Source: Lama glama (taxonomy: Eukaryota). Taken from it: DNA of 64,000 nt. Of the stretch, positions 1-11,792 are shown piece after piece. The translations under genes and the position numbers were made by a program. The DNA lies in NCBI GenBank assembly GCA_028534125.1, contig CM052816.1, positions 88,848,001 to 88,912,000 of the forward strand, given 5' to 3'. Each line of letters begins with the position of its first letter. The stretch's first letter is position 1. Under the pieces are notes generated by a model that worked only from the letters and a program-made list of their open reading frames with translations, ran no database searches and had not been told where the DNA came from.

Positions 1-189
1 AGGATCTGGCCAATAATTATAAGAAGACTAAGTAAATGATTATATATAATGATAAAGTGATCCTCATGTGTTTGCAGATTTCTGTAAATAAGAAACTTGA
101 TGTCTTTAGGAGTAAAAACTATACATTCCTACTATATTTAGAGATATGGAAAAGCATCTCTGAGTAAATATTTGTAATGTAAGAAATGA

Positions 190-722
190 AAATTAGTAGT
201 TCACTAGTTATTGTGAGACTATTACCACAAAGTTAGCAGCTTTCAGCAATACACATTGAGTAGCTCACAGCTTGCATAGGTCAAGAGTTTGGGCATGGCT
301 TACCTGGGTCCTATATTTTAGGGTTTCACAAGGTGACCAAAGGTGTTGGCCAGGACCGTGTTCTCACCTGGTAGATCTGCATCCCCACTCACAGGTTGTT
401 GGCAGGATTCAGTTTCTTGTGGTTGTAGGACTGAGGACTTCCGTTTCTTGCTGTCTTCAACACCTAGACGCCACCTGCAGTCCCTAGCCATGTGGGGTTC
501 CCCAACAACATAGCTATTTGCATCCTCATACAGGAAGGCAAGTGGGCACTGTGATCTTTATGTAATTTAACCACATAATTAGAGACTCTTGATCATGTAT
601 ATTCCACCACCATTTTTGTGTCCTGTAAGTTAAAATTAAGTCAGAGTTCTCACACACACTCAGCATGAGAGTTCTCACAAGGGAATGAACACCATGAGGG
701 TCACCTTTAGAGTATGTCCACA
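190..722 (-). mobile_element. MaLR solo LTR, MLT1E/F-like
   Basis: Matches recalled MLT1 antisense motifs: 'attaccacaaagttagcagc', 'ctcacagcttgcataggtcaagagtttgggcatggcttacctgggtcct', 'caggttgttggcaggattcagtttcttgtggttgtaggactgagg', ending 'gggtcacctttagagtatgtccaca'. Confidence 0.8.
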
Positions 723-805
723 AGTAAGATTTAGGTAAAAATCCTAGTACCTCAACAAGCTCTTAAATTTGATGACCCTATTTGTGCCAAACTGAATTAA
801 AATCA

Positions 806-856
<51 letters not shown>
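806..856. repeat. Compound (TG)n(TA)n microsatellite
   Basis: Directly visible TG run followed by TA run, at the tail of the adjacent L1. Confidence 0.97.
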
Positions 857-860
<4 letters not shown>

Positions 861-2045
861 TTACACCATCATTTTATTGAAATGTATTTGATTTACAATA
901 TTGTGTTAGTTTCTGGTGTATAGCTTAGTGATTCACATATATATATGAGTATATATGTATTCTTTTTCATATTATTTTTTGTTACAGGTTATTACAAGAT
1001 ACTGAATATAGTTCCCTGTGCTATACAGTCGGATTTTGTTGTTTATCTATTTTATATAAAGTAATTTGCATCTGCTAATCCCAAACTCCTAATTTATCAC
1101 CTCCCTTCCCCTTTGGTAACCAAGTTGATTTTCTACGTCTGTGAGTCTGTTTCTGTTTTGTAAATAAGTGCATTTCTATCATTTTTTTAAGATTCCACAT
1201 ACAAGTGATATCATATGATATTTGTCTTTGTCTGATTTACTTCACTCAAAATGATAACCTCTAGGTCCATTTATGCTGGAAATGGCATTATTTCATTCTT
1301 TTTATGGCTGAGTAGTATTCCATTGTACACATATACCACATCTTATTTATCCAATCATCTGTCCATGGATATTTTGATTGCTTCCATGTCTTGTCTATTG
1401 TAAAGAGTGCTGCTATGAACATTGGGGTGCATGTATCTTTTCGAATTAGAGTTTTCATCTTTTCTGGATATATGCTGAGGAGTGGGGTTGCTGGATCATA
1501 CAGTAAGTCTATTTTAGCTTTTTAAGCTCCATACCGTTCTCCATAGTGGCTGCATCAACTTACATTCCCACCAACAGTATAGAAGCGTTCCCTTTTCTCT
1601 ACACTCTTGCCAGCATTTATCGTTTGTGGACTTTTTAATGACAGCCAGTCTGAGAGGTGTGAAGTGCTACTATGTAGTTTTGATTTGTATTTCTCTGATA
1701 ATAGTGATATTGAACATCTTTTCATGTGCCTGCTGGCCATCTATATGACTTCACTGGAAAAATATCTATTTAGGTCTTCTGTCCATTTTTTAATTGAATC
1801 GTTTGTTTTTTTGGTTAGTGAGTTATGTGAGCTGTTTTTGAACATGATGTTTTGAACATTATCAGTTATATGAGCTGATATGAACAGTAAGCCCTTGTGA
1901 GTTGTGTTGTTTGCAAATATTTTCTCCCAGTCTGTAGGCTGTCTTTTTGTTTTGTTTATGGTTTCCTTTGCTGTGCAAAGGCTTATAAGTTTAATTTAGG
2001 ACCCATTTGTTTATTTTTGCTTTTATTTCTATTGCCTTGGGAGAC
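857..2045 (-). mobile_element. 5'-truncated LINE-1 (3' UTR plus ORF2 C-terminus), artiodactyl-type
   Basis: Typical antisense L1 3' end ('ttttattgaaatgtatttgatttacaatattgtgttagtttctgg', 'ttttatggctgagtagtattccattg'). Minus ORF 1555-1740 resembles the ORF2 C-terminus ([10 protein letters not shown]..., YTVGGNV). Flanked by 'taaaatcatgt' at 798-808 and 2046-2056. Confidence 0.95.
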
Positions 2046-2133
2046 TAAAATCATGTATTTTTGACTCCCTTTTCTCCCATTTTTCTCTCCTTATCTAGTC
2101 AGTTGCCATGTCCTGTTGATTATTTCTCTGAAT

Positions 2134-2459
2134 CATAGGCTGCAATTCAAAGGTCAGCAGAGGCCAAGCAGGGGACATATGTGAGTGCAGTGGCCTTCGT
2201 GTTTGGTCACAAGGAATGGTGAGGACTCTCCAGTGGAAGAGTGTATTTTCAGTATGGAGAGCGTATATGATCTATCTGCAGATTCAAGACTGCCTCCTTC
2301 CAGAAACAGGGGCTTGGTTTTCCAAATAATCTGCTATGTATAAAGAGAAGCCGAGCTTCTTTAGTTTCATGGGAAATTTTGAAATGTATCTGAAACAATG
2401 TGCATAAAATGCATCTCTAAATCAGATCTGTGTTACAGCCCACCAGTCTGTGACCTCAG
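2134..2459. mobile_element. hAT-Charlie DNA transposon fossil, MER102-like
   Basis: Start 'cataggctgcaattcaaaggtcagcagaggccaagcagg', internal 'aaagagaagccgag' and end 'cccaccagtctgtgacctcag' resemble the recalled MER102 consensus. Confidence 0.55.
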
Positions 2460-2829
2460 CTCTGAAACAGCTCTCAGACTTACTCCTTCATGCATTTTTA
2501 TATAATGTCTTAATGAAATACATGAGTATATATGTAAGAAAATGATTAATTCTAAATAAGTTGTGAATATAGCATATAAGATGGTGGGCATGACACTAAA
2601 TGGACAAAAAAAGTATTAATAGTTTTGTATGTGAAATTTTGAAATTATGAAATATTTATAATTAGACATACCATAATACTCTTAGAAAAATAACATTACA
2701 AAATGACTGAAGTTACTCTCTCTCATTTACTGAAATATATATCATCTTAATCCGACACATAGTAAATGTTAAATTGGACAATACACTGATCTGTAACTCT
2801 CTCAGGATATTCCCCATATAAATCTAATT

Positions 2830-3345
2830 ATTTCTTCAATCTGTCCTAAAGTGCACTTTCAAAAAAATGTCAGATCAGGTCACTTTTCTGTTTAGAATCT
2901 TCATATTATTAGATTCTTTACCTAATAGTTTCTTTTTATTATACTATTCTTTATCTACATATACCTTATCCTCAGGCAATCTGATACCCCTCCATATTCT
3001 AGATTTATATTTCTGTCAGTGTCTTTGCTTAAAATCCTCTTTCCTGTCCAATTTTCCTAACTGTTAGTCTCTGTCTTCCAAATTTAATTTAAAATTCACC
3101 TTTTCTATTAAACTTTCTTATTTTTCCTAAAATTATTTTGATCTCTACTTCTACTAAAGCTTTGTTACTCTTAAAAATATTAGGGTCAAAATAATTACAT
3201 CAATCTTTCTTTTATTTTGCTGTGTATTATATGACATAGTTTATATATTTGTAGATTATAAGCTACTTATGAGAAAAAACATTTGATTTTACACAGTCTT
3301 TCTCAAAACTTATTCTAGGTAACTACTCAAAATATCTGTGTAATT
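2830..3345 (+). mobile_element. Degenerate L2 3' region
   Basis: 'aaaatgtcagatcaggtcacttttctgtttagaatc' and 'tagattataagctacttatgag' are L2 3'-end-like motifs; heavily diverged. Confidence 0.4.
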
Positions 3346-6300
3346 TCACTTATTTATCACAAAGTTATTTGTTAACTGTATTATTCAATATTGCATTATA
3401 CAAAAACACACGCACACATAAGACTCTATGAAATGTGACTTAACATTAAAATATCCATACAAGTTTCATATGGCAGGTCTTTGACTTTCTAAATACAAAA
3501 TACGGAAATGAACAAGAAGTCAAAAGTTGAAATTATTTTGTGAAACTTCCAGGAAGTTAATAGAATCTAGCTTTTGCTTTTTGCTACCTGAGTAAAACTG
3601 TGTTTTGACTGAGTGTGTCTCCTTTATGTAAAGTGAAATAATCATATTACACATGCAGCAGTATTGTTGTAAGGATTCAAAGTTTATCACCTAGTTGGAG
3701 CTTAATAAATGTTAAACCTCATCATTATTATTTTGAAGGTCAGTGAATAATGGAGTCAACATTGCAATAAATGTATAAGAGCCTCAGTCACTTACTTTTG
3801 TGCTTGGTTTTCACTTATATATAATTTCAAAGTTTTAAATTTTTATTTTGTCATCCATGGGGAATATGTGGGAAGAAATGATATGAAGAGACGGTTATTA
3901 CATGTTTAGAATCCTGAAGTTCTGTTGAGTTTTTTTTATGGCTTGTCTATGAGACTCTAGATGTTATTAAACTGTACTTCCTTGTCACTCAAACTTGAAT
4001 TAATATGAAAGTAATAGTTGAGAAAGCTGATAAAAACCTCTCGCTTTGCAGCTCTGCATTAACTTTAATTCTCTAATTGGCTTTCTTCATGTGTGTGTGA
4101 ACTCCTTTTTCTTTTTTTCCAAGATGAGGCTGGGATTGACCTTTCTCTCATAAAAGGAGAATTTATTCTCATTAAGTTTAATTGTGTAGTTAATGTTTTC
4201 ATTGAGGTGCCTATTAAGCTCCTCTCTGACATTTCTAAGATAACTTAAGGTTCTGAACTTGTCAGGGAAAAATGTCAACCCATCAAAATGCCCAATTGCA
4301 GTTTGTATATGTACTAGTCCTTTTTTTCTTTTAGGTAGTTTATGAGTCTGTTTCATGGACCTGCTTTGGTCATTTCCCAAGATTGCTCCTAGGATCTCCT
4401 CACCTTATTGCATCCTTCGTGTATCCTAAGGTCAAATTGATGACCATATGTATCAGTGAAATTCAAATGCATCACAATTATTTGGTTTCTGAGCCAATAT
4501 ATGAATGAAATACACATTTACAAAGCAAGTTAATCTGTTTCTTTTTAAAGAAAAAGATGTCCATAGGAAGCAAACATTTGTACCAATCCCCCAGCTGACT
4601 GTGCCCTGCCCACTTCATTAATCTGCTCATTAGAACTAACTCCTTGAAGAAACATGGACATGATTCTGGCTTTATCATCCTTGACAGCACTGGGCTTCTT
4701 TAGGCATTAACTAATGAATAAATAAGAGGGAAAACATTGAGGCAGTTTTTGTTTGCTGCTAATACACCTTGACCTTTGTCAGTGCGTTATACTTTCCCTT
4801 ACTCCTGTTTTTACAGGTTGAGTATGTCATGCACGTTCACCTAAAGCATCCATCTTCTTGATTTAGAAAAAAATAATCCACTGAACAATAAAACTGGTCA
4901 TCCTTGGAATAGTTTTAAGAAGGGTTATGTGAGATACAGAAAGCAAATCTTCATTCTTTAAACATTCTGTCTTTTGCTGGATAAGTGGTCTTATCTGAAA
5001 CTACATTTAGTAATATTTGGGCTAGGCAGACAAGGACATTTCTGAACAACAATGTCAAAAAGGCTTTTCCTAAATGATATACCCTCTTTTTTTTTTTCTT
5101 TTTCAGCCAAGTTTATGTGACTTTTCAGCTAATGGCAAACTTTCATTTGTTGTTTAACGTTATGATTTAATCCAGTCTTTTTGTTGTTTAAAATAATGAC
5201 ATGTATCTGTGTGTGTATAGAGATGCATTTTTTTTTTTAAAGAAAGTTCATTCTCACAGTGGACTAGCTCAAGAAATATTCAACTTGAGGGTTCTTACTC
5301 CTTTGTAAATAGGCACAAGTACTATCAGGTTATTCTATTCAGTCTTTAAACAAACATATAAACTCTTGTATACATGCACATCAGTTCTTAAGTTTCTAGG
5401 TTTTGGTAACACTTGAAGATAAATTATAGAAATAGCTGATTATTTAGCTATATAGAGCAAAAGCTTCAAAGCACTATCCACCTGTCCAGTGTCATAATGT
5501 TCCATTGATCTATCAGGCAATATAAATACACATGAATATTTGCTTTTAACACTTTTCAGGATTATTTACATTTGAAATTTTACATGTTGATAATTATGGA
5601 GAATATTCTGAGATCATATTTAATTCTATATTTAAAAATATAAAGAAACTGATATTGGAGACATGACTCCAGGTCACTTAGTTAGTTATTGGCAGAGTTG
5701 ACATTTCATTTTGCTCTATAATGTCATACTCACATTTGAGAAAGAATGACTAAAACTGCCCAAACCCTTTAGAATTTTCATGTCCTCCAGGACCAACTGG
5801 AGTTTAGTGATGTTAAGTTTGGACCCCAGAGTCATTCTTCGTAAGTGTAAACAAAAAGATTAAAAATGCAAACTGTTTCTTAGCCTAGCTCTAACTGATT
5901 AAATATCAAATATTACTTTGTAATATTGACATTAATATTTAAAGTATGCATAATTAAACTCCATAGTTTTAATTGAGGCTTCTCTTTGAGGCACGTACCA
6001 TGTGGATGCCTTTGGAATGATGTGTCCACATTTCATCCTTAACCATACCCATGTTGGTACTTTGACATATTTGCATAGCAGTAGGATCTCCCATCTCATC
6101 ATACTTGTTGCTGGGTAGTCAATTTTCCTAACTGTGCTAGAATATTTGCCTAGTGATGCTTTAAATCCATTTACAGCATGCCTTCTGAAGGGGCAGCACA
6201 TGTTCAAAATGTATCTAAGCCTCGTAGTTCCTTTAATAATGAATCACCGTTGATAATGGATCACAAGTTTACTCTATGGACAAGATGCCGGTCATGATAT

Positions 6301-9083
6301 TTTGTTCCCAGGTGTTCAAGGTAATTTAGAGTAGAGACGAGCTGACCAGTTCCCCAGGTGCCCCTGGCCCATTCACTCCTATAATTACTGTTACAGTCCA
6401 GGGATGTTTGGTATATCGAAGATCAGATTTTGTTTCCTTGAACTTCAGCATTTGCTAGGAGAGTGAGGAAATGAAAGAGCTGGGCTGTTGTTATGAGCAT
6501 CAAAAAACTATTTGTTTTCTGAAAACTCATATAATTTACTTAACGGATGCTACTGCATTTCTATGATCCCAAAGCAATTTAATAGGGATAATGAGACATG
6601 AACCATGTTTTTTTAAAAAGCAGTTATTTAAATGTAGTTTTTAGCAAATAGCATCAGAAACTTATTTTTTAAGAGTGTATCTAGCACTATAGAAAAATAT
6701 TTATAGTCATTTTCCAGCCTTTGATGTTAAAATGTTTATTTTCTACATAAAAAAGGCACAGGAATTTTTTTGTAATTCCTTATAAAAAGTACACAACACA
6801 TGGACATAAGTCTTGAATACACATCTCTGTATCTGTATCTAAACTGTGAATGATAACTTAAAAATCTATGTATCCTCACAGGAGTAACATAGTTGAAACA
6901 ATTTACAATATTATTTTTGGTGAGCACAAGGGGCAGTGGCATTCTCATGTAGTATCAGAAATGGGCATTGCTCATAGTCAGTATAAATTTATATCCTTTG
7001 AGATGGCAATGTGTTAACATACAGAAAATTTAAATTATCTCTTCCGATTCACCATCTGCACAACTAGGTATTTATTAATCTGCTGTATGTGTGAAATTAT
7101 GGATTTATTTAATAAATTGTTTTGTATTTGTTGGCTTTTGGCATCTAGAAGCCACTATAAAACTTGTTGATCAAAGCTCAGTTGATGCGATTGGCTCTCT
7201 GAGGAAGAATGCCTGTCAGACACTGTGACAGAGTCTGAGTGGTGCTTTAAAATGAGGCATAAAAGCAGTATAGTTTTATAGGTTTAGAGTCTGCAAGATT
7301 ATAAGGTGCATCTTTTAGGACAGGTTGGGACTGGGTAGACGTTAGAACATAATAGCTGGATTAGTGGGACCTGTGAGGCAAGGGCATTAAAACAAGTCCT
7401 AATGAGAAAACTGTTAGTTTTTATAAATACGTTGTTTAGTTTGTTCACAAACTTATCTTTGAGGAGCTGTTATTTCTTGAAGCAAGCAGACAAAGAGAAG
7501 AATTATGAGGAGTTTGAAATTCTTATCTAAACCAGGAACCTAAAATATGTTATTAAATCCAGAAACTCATGCTCAGTACAAAAGCCCACAGAACAAGACG
7601 TTTAAAAACATGTACAAGTCCCACTAAGCTGTAGACATTTTATGCATAAAAATAAGAATATTGGAATTTAGTTTAAAACTACGTTAAGTAACCATTTTTT
7701 TTATTATTTTCTTGTTTTGAAAGTGTCCAGGTATCCAAATTATTTGTTAATTAGCTTGATTTAGTATTGCATCAAACTCTTAGTTGACTAAAGATCTAAA
7801 CATTCAATTTCAGTGCAGCATTTATAATATTCACAGTATTAAACATTTTACCCATTATCTTGAATTTAGCCAATTAAATCTAACTTGATAGTTTTATAAT
7901 AATCTGTTTAAATAATGTTAACTTACCATAGAACTGGAATAGTTTAAATATATAAATCACAAGAGATTAAGTAAGTAGTCTTCTATTAACTAAAATATTG
8001 TGACAACATTACATTAACATGGTGATAAAATTAATGGAAAATCATAGTTTAAAGCTAATATCACTTTAACTTTTCCAGAATTATCTATTTATCAAAGGTA
8101 AAACATGAAAAGTTTTAAAATGCGTACAAATTCCTATTCCCATATCAAGAAATTATGATCAAGTAATCTAGAAAGTTCCAGGGAGTAGGATAAAATAGAT
8201 GGAGATGAATGACAGTAGACATGACAGAGACTTCAGACAGATAGGAAATTATCACTGTACAGTTAATTATCATTCTATAAAAGGAACGATAGCTTAGATA
8301 CAGAAAAACACATTTTGACATGCAAGAGGGAGAGAATCATTATAGTTGGTACAAAAAATAATTTATGCTCTTGACAATTTCATCAAGTCATATGAGTATA
8401 AATTAGTATTTTTTAATCCATGAAGTGTGGAAATAAACAAGAAGATTTTGCTACATTCAAATAAATGATCTCTTTTTTAGACAAGTAAGATAGAGTATTT
8501 CCTCATGAGGGTTTTTTCCTTGCATTTTTAAAGCATTATTTCTTTAAACATCCACCTTCACTCAGGAGGGAGTGGTGAGTAAAAAAAAAAAATTGTTTTT
8601 TTCTAGTTATTTACTACGATTTTAAATTTGCTTAGTATTAGTTGATTCCCTATCAAAAAAAAAAAATAGAAAAGAAAAGAAAAATGTCCAAGCTCTAGGA
8701 CGGCATTTCTCTACTAAAGTGGTCATGGAAAGGCGGTCCAGAACTTAAACTGTAGTTAAAATGAGCAGATCTAAGAGCTTAGGATTTCTCTCCAGATCTG
8801 ACAAAGGCTAGATGATGTCTGACTGGCATGCTTCAGGGGTGTGGTTTGATATTATGACCCGTTTCAGTTTTCCTTGAAATTGACCTCTGTTTTTGTGCTT
8901 ATAGTTTTTCAGACAATTTTGAGGAAGAAGGATAAGGGAAAAATGTAGACTGCCATCTGGAAACTAAATTCCCAAAAAATTGTATAGGGTTTCCTTCTCT
9001 CTTGTGACTGCCCTTTGTAACTTTAAATTGTACTGGCACTGAATACTCCATGATCGCTGTTCTTCTGCCATCACTCTTACTCC

Positions 9084-9145
9084 TTTTTTTTTTTTTTTAA
9101 CATTTTTTTATTGAGTGATAGTCATTTTACAATGCTGTGTCCAAC
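9084..9145 (-). mobile_element. Very short LINE-1 3'-terminal insertion
   Basis: Poly(T) then 'aacattttttattgagtgatagtcattttacaatgctgtgtc', similar to the L1 ends at 55415 and 60508. Near-TSD 'ctcttactcct' (9074-9084) versus 'ctcttattcct' (9150-9160). Confidence 0.85.
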
Positions 9146-9374
9146 ACTGCTCTTATTCCTGCTCTGCCTTCACCCTCTTCCTTCACACTTTAAATGTCCA
9201 CACTCAGTTTGGACTATGTCCAGTTTTGTCTCATGATATTGTTTTGTTTGTTTTCATTGTATGGTCCATTTCATTCACTTCAAGTTGGGAATTATTTAGA
9301 ATTATTTATCTGTCTCTGAAGAAACCATTTTATTTGAGAAAAATACTAGTACACATAACCAGTCTCCAGTCAGG

Positions 9375-9849
9375 TGTAATATAAGGGACTGAATATGCAA
9401 ACGGATAATGGCCAGACCAGGTGTAACAACTGAACTACGACCTACAGCTTCTGCAGCACCAGTCTGACAAGCCAAACCACAATCTTTGCAGCGACTGACC
9501 CAGGACAATCAGGACCTGATAGAGGACTGCCAGATATCAAGTATTTTTTTTTAATTCCCATGCTTATTATAACTCAGGACCAACCAGAGAGGATCAAATC
9601 CGCTCACAAACCAATCATATAAGACACATCACTTCTAGTTACCCTGCCTTCAGCTTCTCCTTCCCAACACCTTCTGTTCAGAACACACTGAAGCCTTCCA
9701 CTATGTAGCTGTAAAGCTCTCAGCCTCTCCTGCCGGCCTTTGCATGTCTGCCAAAAGCAAATGATGGTAGCGGACTCCCTAGCTATTGCAAGCCGTGAGT
9801 GAATAGCCTCTGTCTGTTCTCATTTGGGGAGTCTTTGTTTATTTCCACA
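9375..9849 (+). mobile_element. Endogenous retrovirus solo LTR (family uncertain)
   Basis: TG...CA bounded, ~475 bp, GC-richer than the flanks. Contains 'ccaatca', an LTR-like U3/R/U5 layout and the ending 'gaatagcctctgtctgttctcatttggggagtctttgtttatttccaca'. Confidence 0.6.
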
Positions 9850-11634
9850 AACAGAAAACAGGGAGAATGAAAAACCAAACCAAACCTATATATTTCGTAT
9901 AGTTTCTAGACATGAAGAATTTCCATAGGTACATGACAAACAATTTTGTTTTTAACTCTTTATTATCTACTCAAGTGTGTTTCAACTTTCTTTAATCAAA
10001 TGCCAGTTTGTTTTCTTAGAGGCTGTTGTCATATATCTATCCTTTTCAAAGTAAATAAATTAATCATGTCCAGCCTTGAACACAAAAACACTCATTTAGG
10101 AATGTATGAGCCATCAAAACATTTCTGCAAATAGATTTAATGATATTGTTAAAAAAAAGTAAGGGATTAATATATTTGACACATTTAATAATGTGATGTA
10201 ATATTACTTTATATATTTTAATATTATTAATGTGTTATTATTTGCATAACTACCAGTGCTTGAAACATCTTACATAAATACAGCTTACATATATTTTCTA
10301 TGGTTATATCATTTACTTATTTACATAGAGCTTTGCCAAGAACAACCTTTCTTGTCAAATTTAAAGACAAAGTTAATCCCACATAAACCTAAAAATGAAA
10401 CTTTACAAATGATATTTCACATGTATAACATTTAAGATGTCATGAAGCAAAAAACTGCATTTTTCCATGAACACCCTTAGTTTTTGTATTTCTGGTAACC
10501 TTCCCACAATTCTAGGAGAAATTCAAGAAATACAAAACATCTCAGTGGTAAAGTGTGTTATTTTAAATTACAACAGTTATACAACTAAAATCACTGCTAA
10601 TCTTGAATGCTAAACTTGTCTATAAGCAGTCAATTTTTAATGATCTTTCCTAAGGTAGGTCAAGGTGACACTGAATACCAAAGCTCTCTATAATCAAATA
10701 ATCACTTAAAATGCACTTTTGGAAAATGCATTATTGTGTAAAATATATCACTATATTTTGTTACAGTTTTATTTAGGTAAACATTAAGGCTACTGTTTAG
10801 TAAGACTGGTAAGACTCTATCCCCAAAGAGAGGGGCTGTATGGCTCTCAGAATATACAAATGATTGTTTTATCAAAAATTTGCTAAACAGGCTTGGGTTT
10901 TTCTATGAAGTAGAAAGAAATCCAATCTGGAATAAAATGAAAATAAGACATGACTACTGTATTATAGAAAATAAAATAAATAGATGATCAACTCAGTAGA
11001 AATTAAGTTAGAAAGAATAGGGAGACTGGATATTATGACAACTGGAATCCAATATTTAAGTAAAAACTCATCTTCAGTTGTTACAAAGGTGAGTCCCCCT
11101 TATCTAAAATTTTCCTGTGTTAAAGTTAAGAATTATTAAATTTATCATGCACGTATGTCAGTTCCCTAGTTTTTTTGGCAGAAGTATTATTGGAAGTTCA
11201 GGAAATTGATACATGAAAAAATGGTGAAAATTTTAGGTAATAGTTTACCCAAACCTTTCTAGATTAATAATAAGGGACAAAATACACTTAAACATTATAG
11301 GAAAAACATTAAACAGGTTTTATAATGTTCTCTGTAGAATTCTGACTTGCATGAAGTACTGAAAAATTTTAAATGTTATATACACCTTCAGGCTACACTA
11401 CAATTGCATATATATTTTAATTTACAAATAGTCATGACATGTAAATAAAATGAATATTACTTTGAAGTCCTTTAATGACTTTATGAAAGGATCTACCTGC
11501 TTTTCATTCAAATACCTCAAAATGTTAAGGCTACCTTATCACGTAACATTTTGTGATCCCCGAATTATTCTTAGTCGGGAGGTAATTATGAGAAGAGCTG
11601 AGATGTATTGAGGGCTATCTTTTTCATGCTATCA

Positions 11635-11792
11635 CTCCTCACCTACGTGAATTCTATGAAGTTAGAAATGTGAGATGATTTTGTGAATATGGAAAAGCAC
11701 AGCATAAAGAATAAAGTAATTTGCCCAGAATCAGGCAGCTACTGAACTGCAGATTTAGAGTTTGACCTCAAACTTCAGCCTGTTAATCACTC
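11635..11792 (-). mobile_element. MIR SINE fragment
   Basis: Antisense MIR core-like 'taaagtaatttgcccagaatcaggcagctactgaactgcagatttagagtttgacc'. Confidence 0.6.

Noticed and set aside
6177..6320. 144-nt + strand AG...GT bounded segment
   Set aside because: All three frames contain stop codons.
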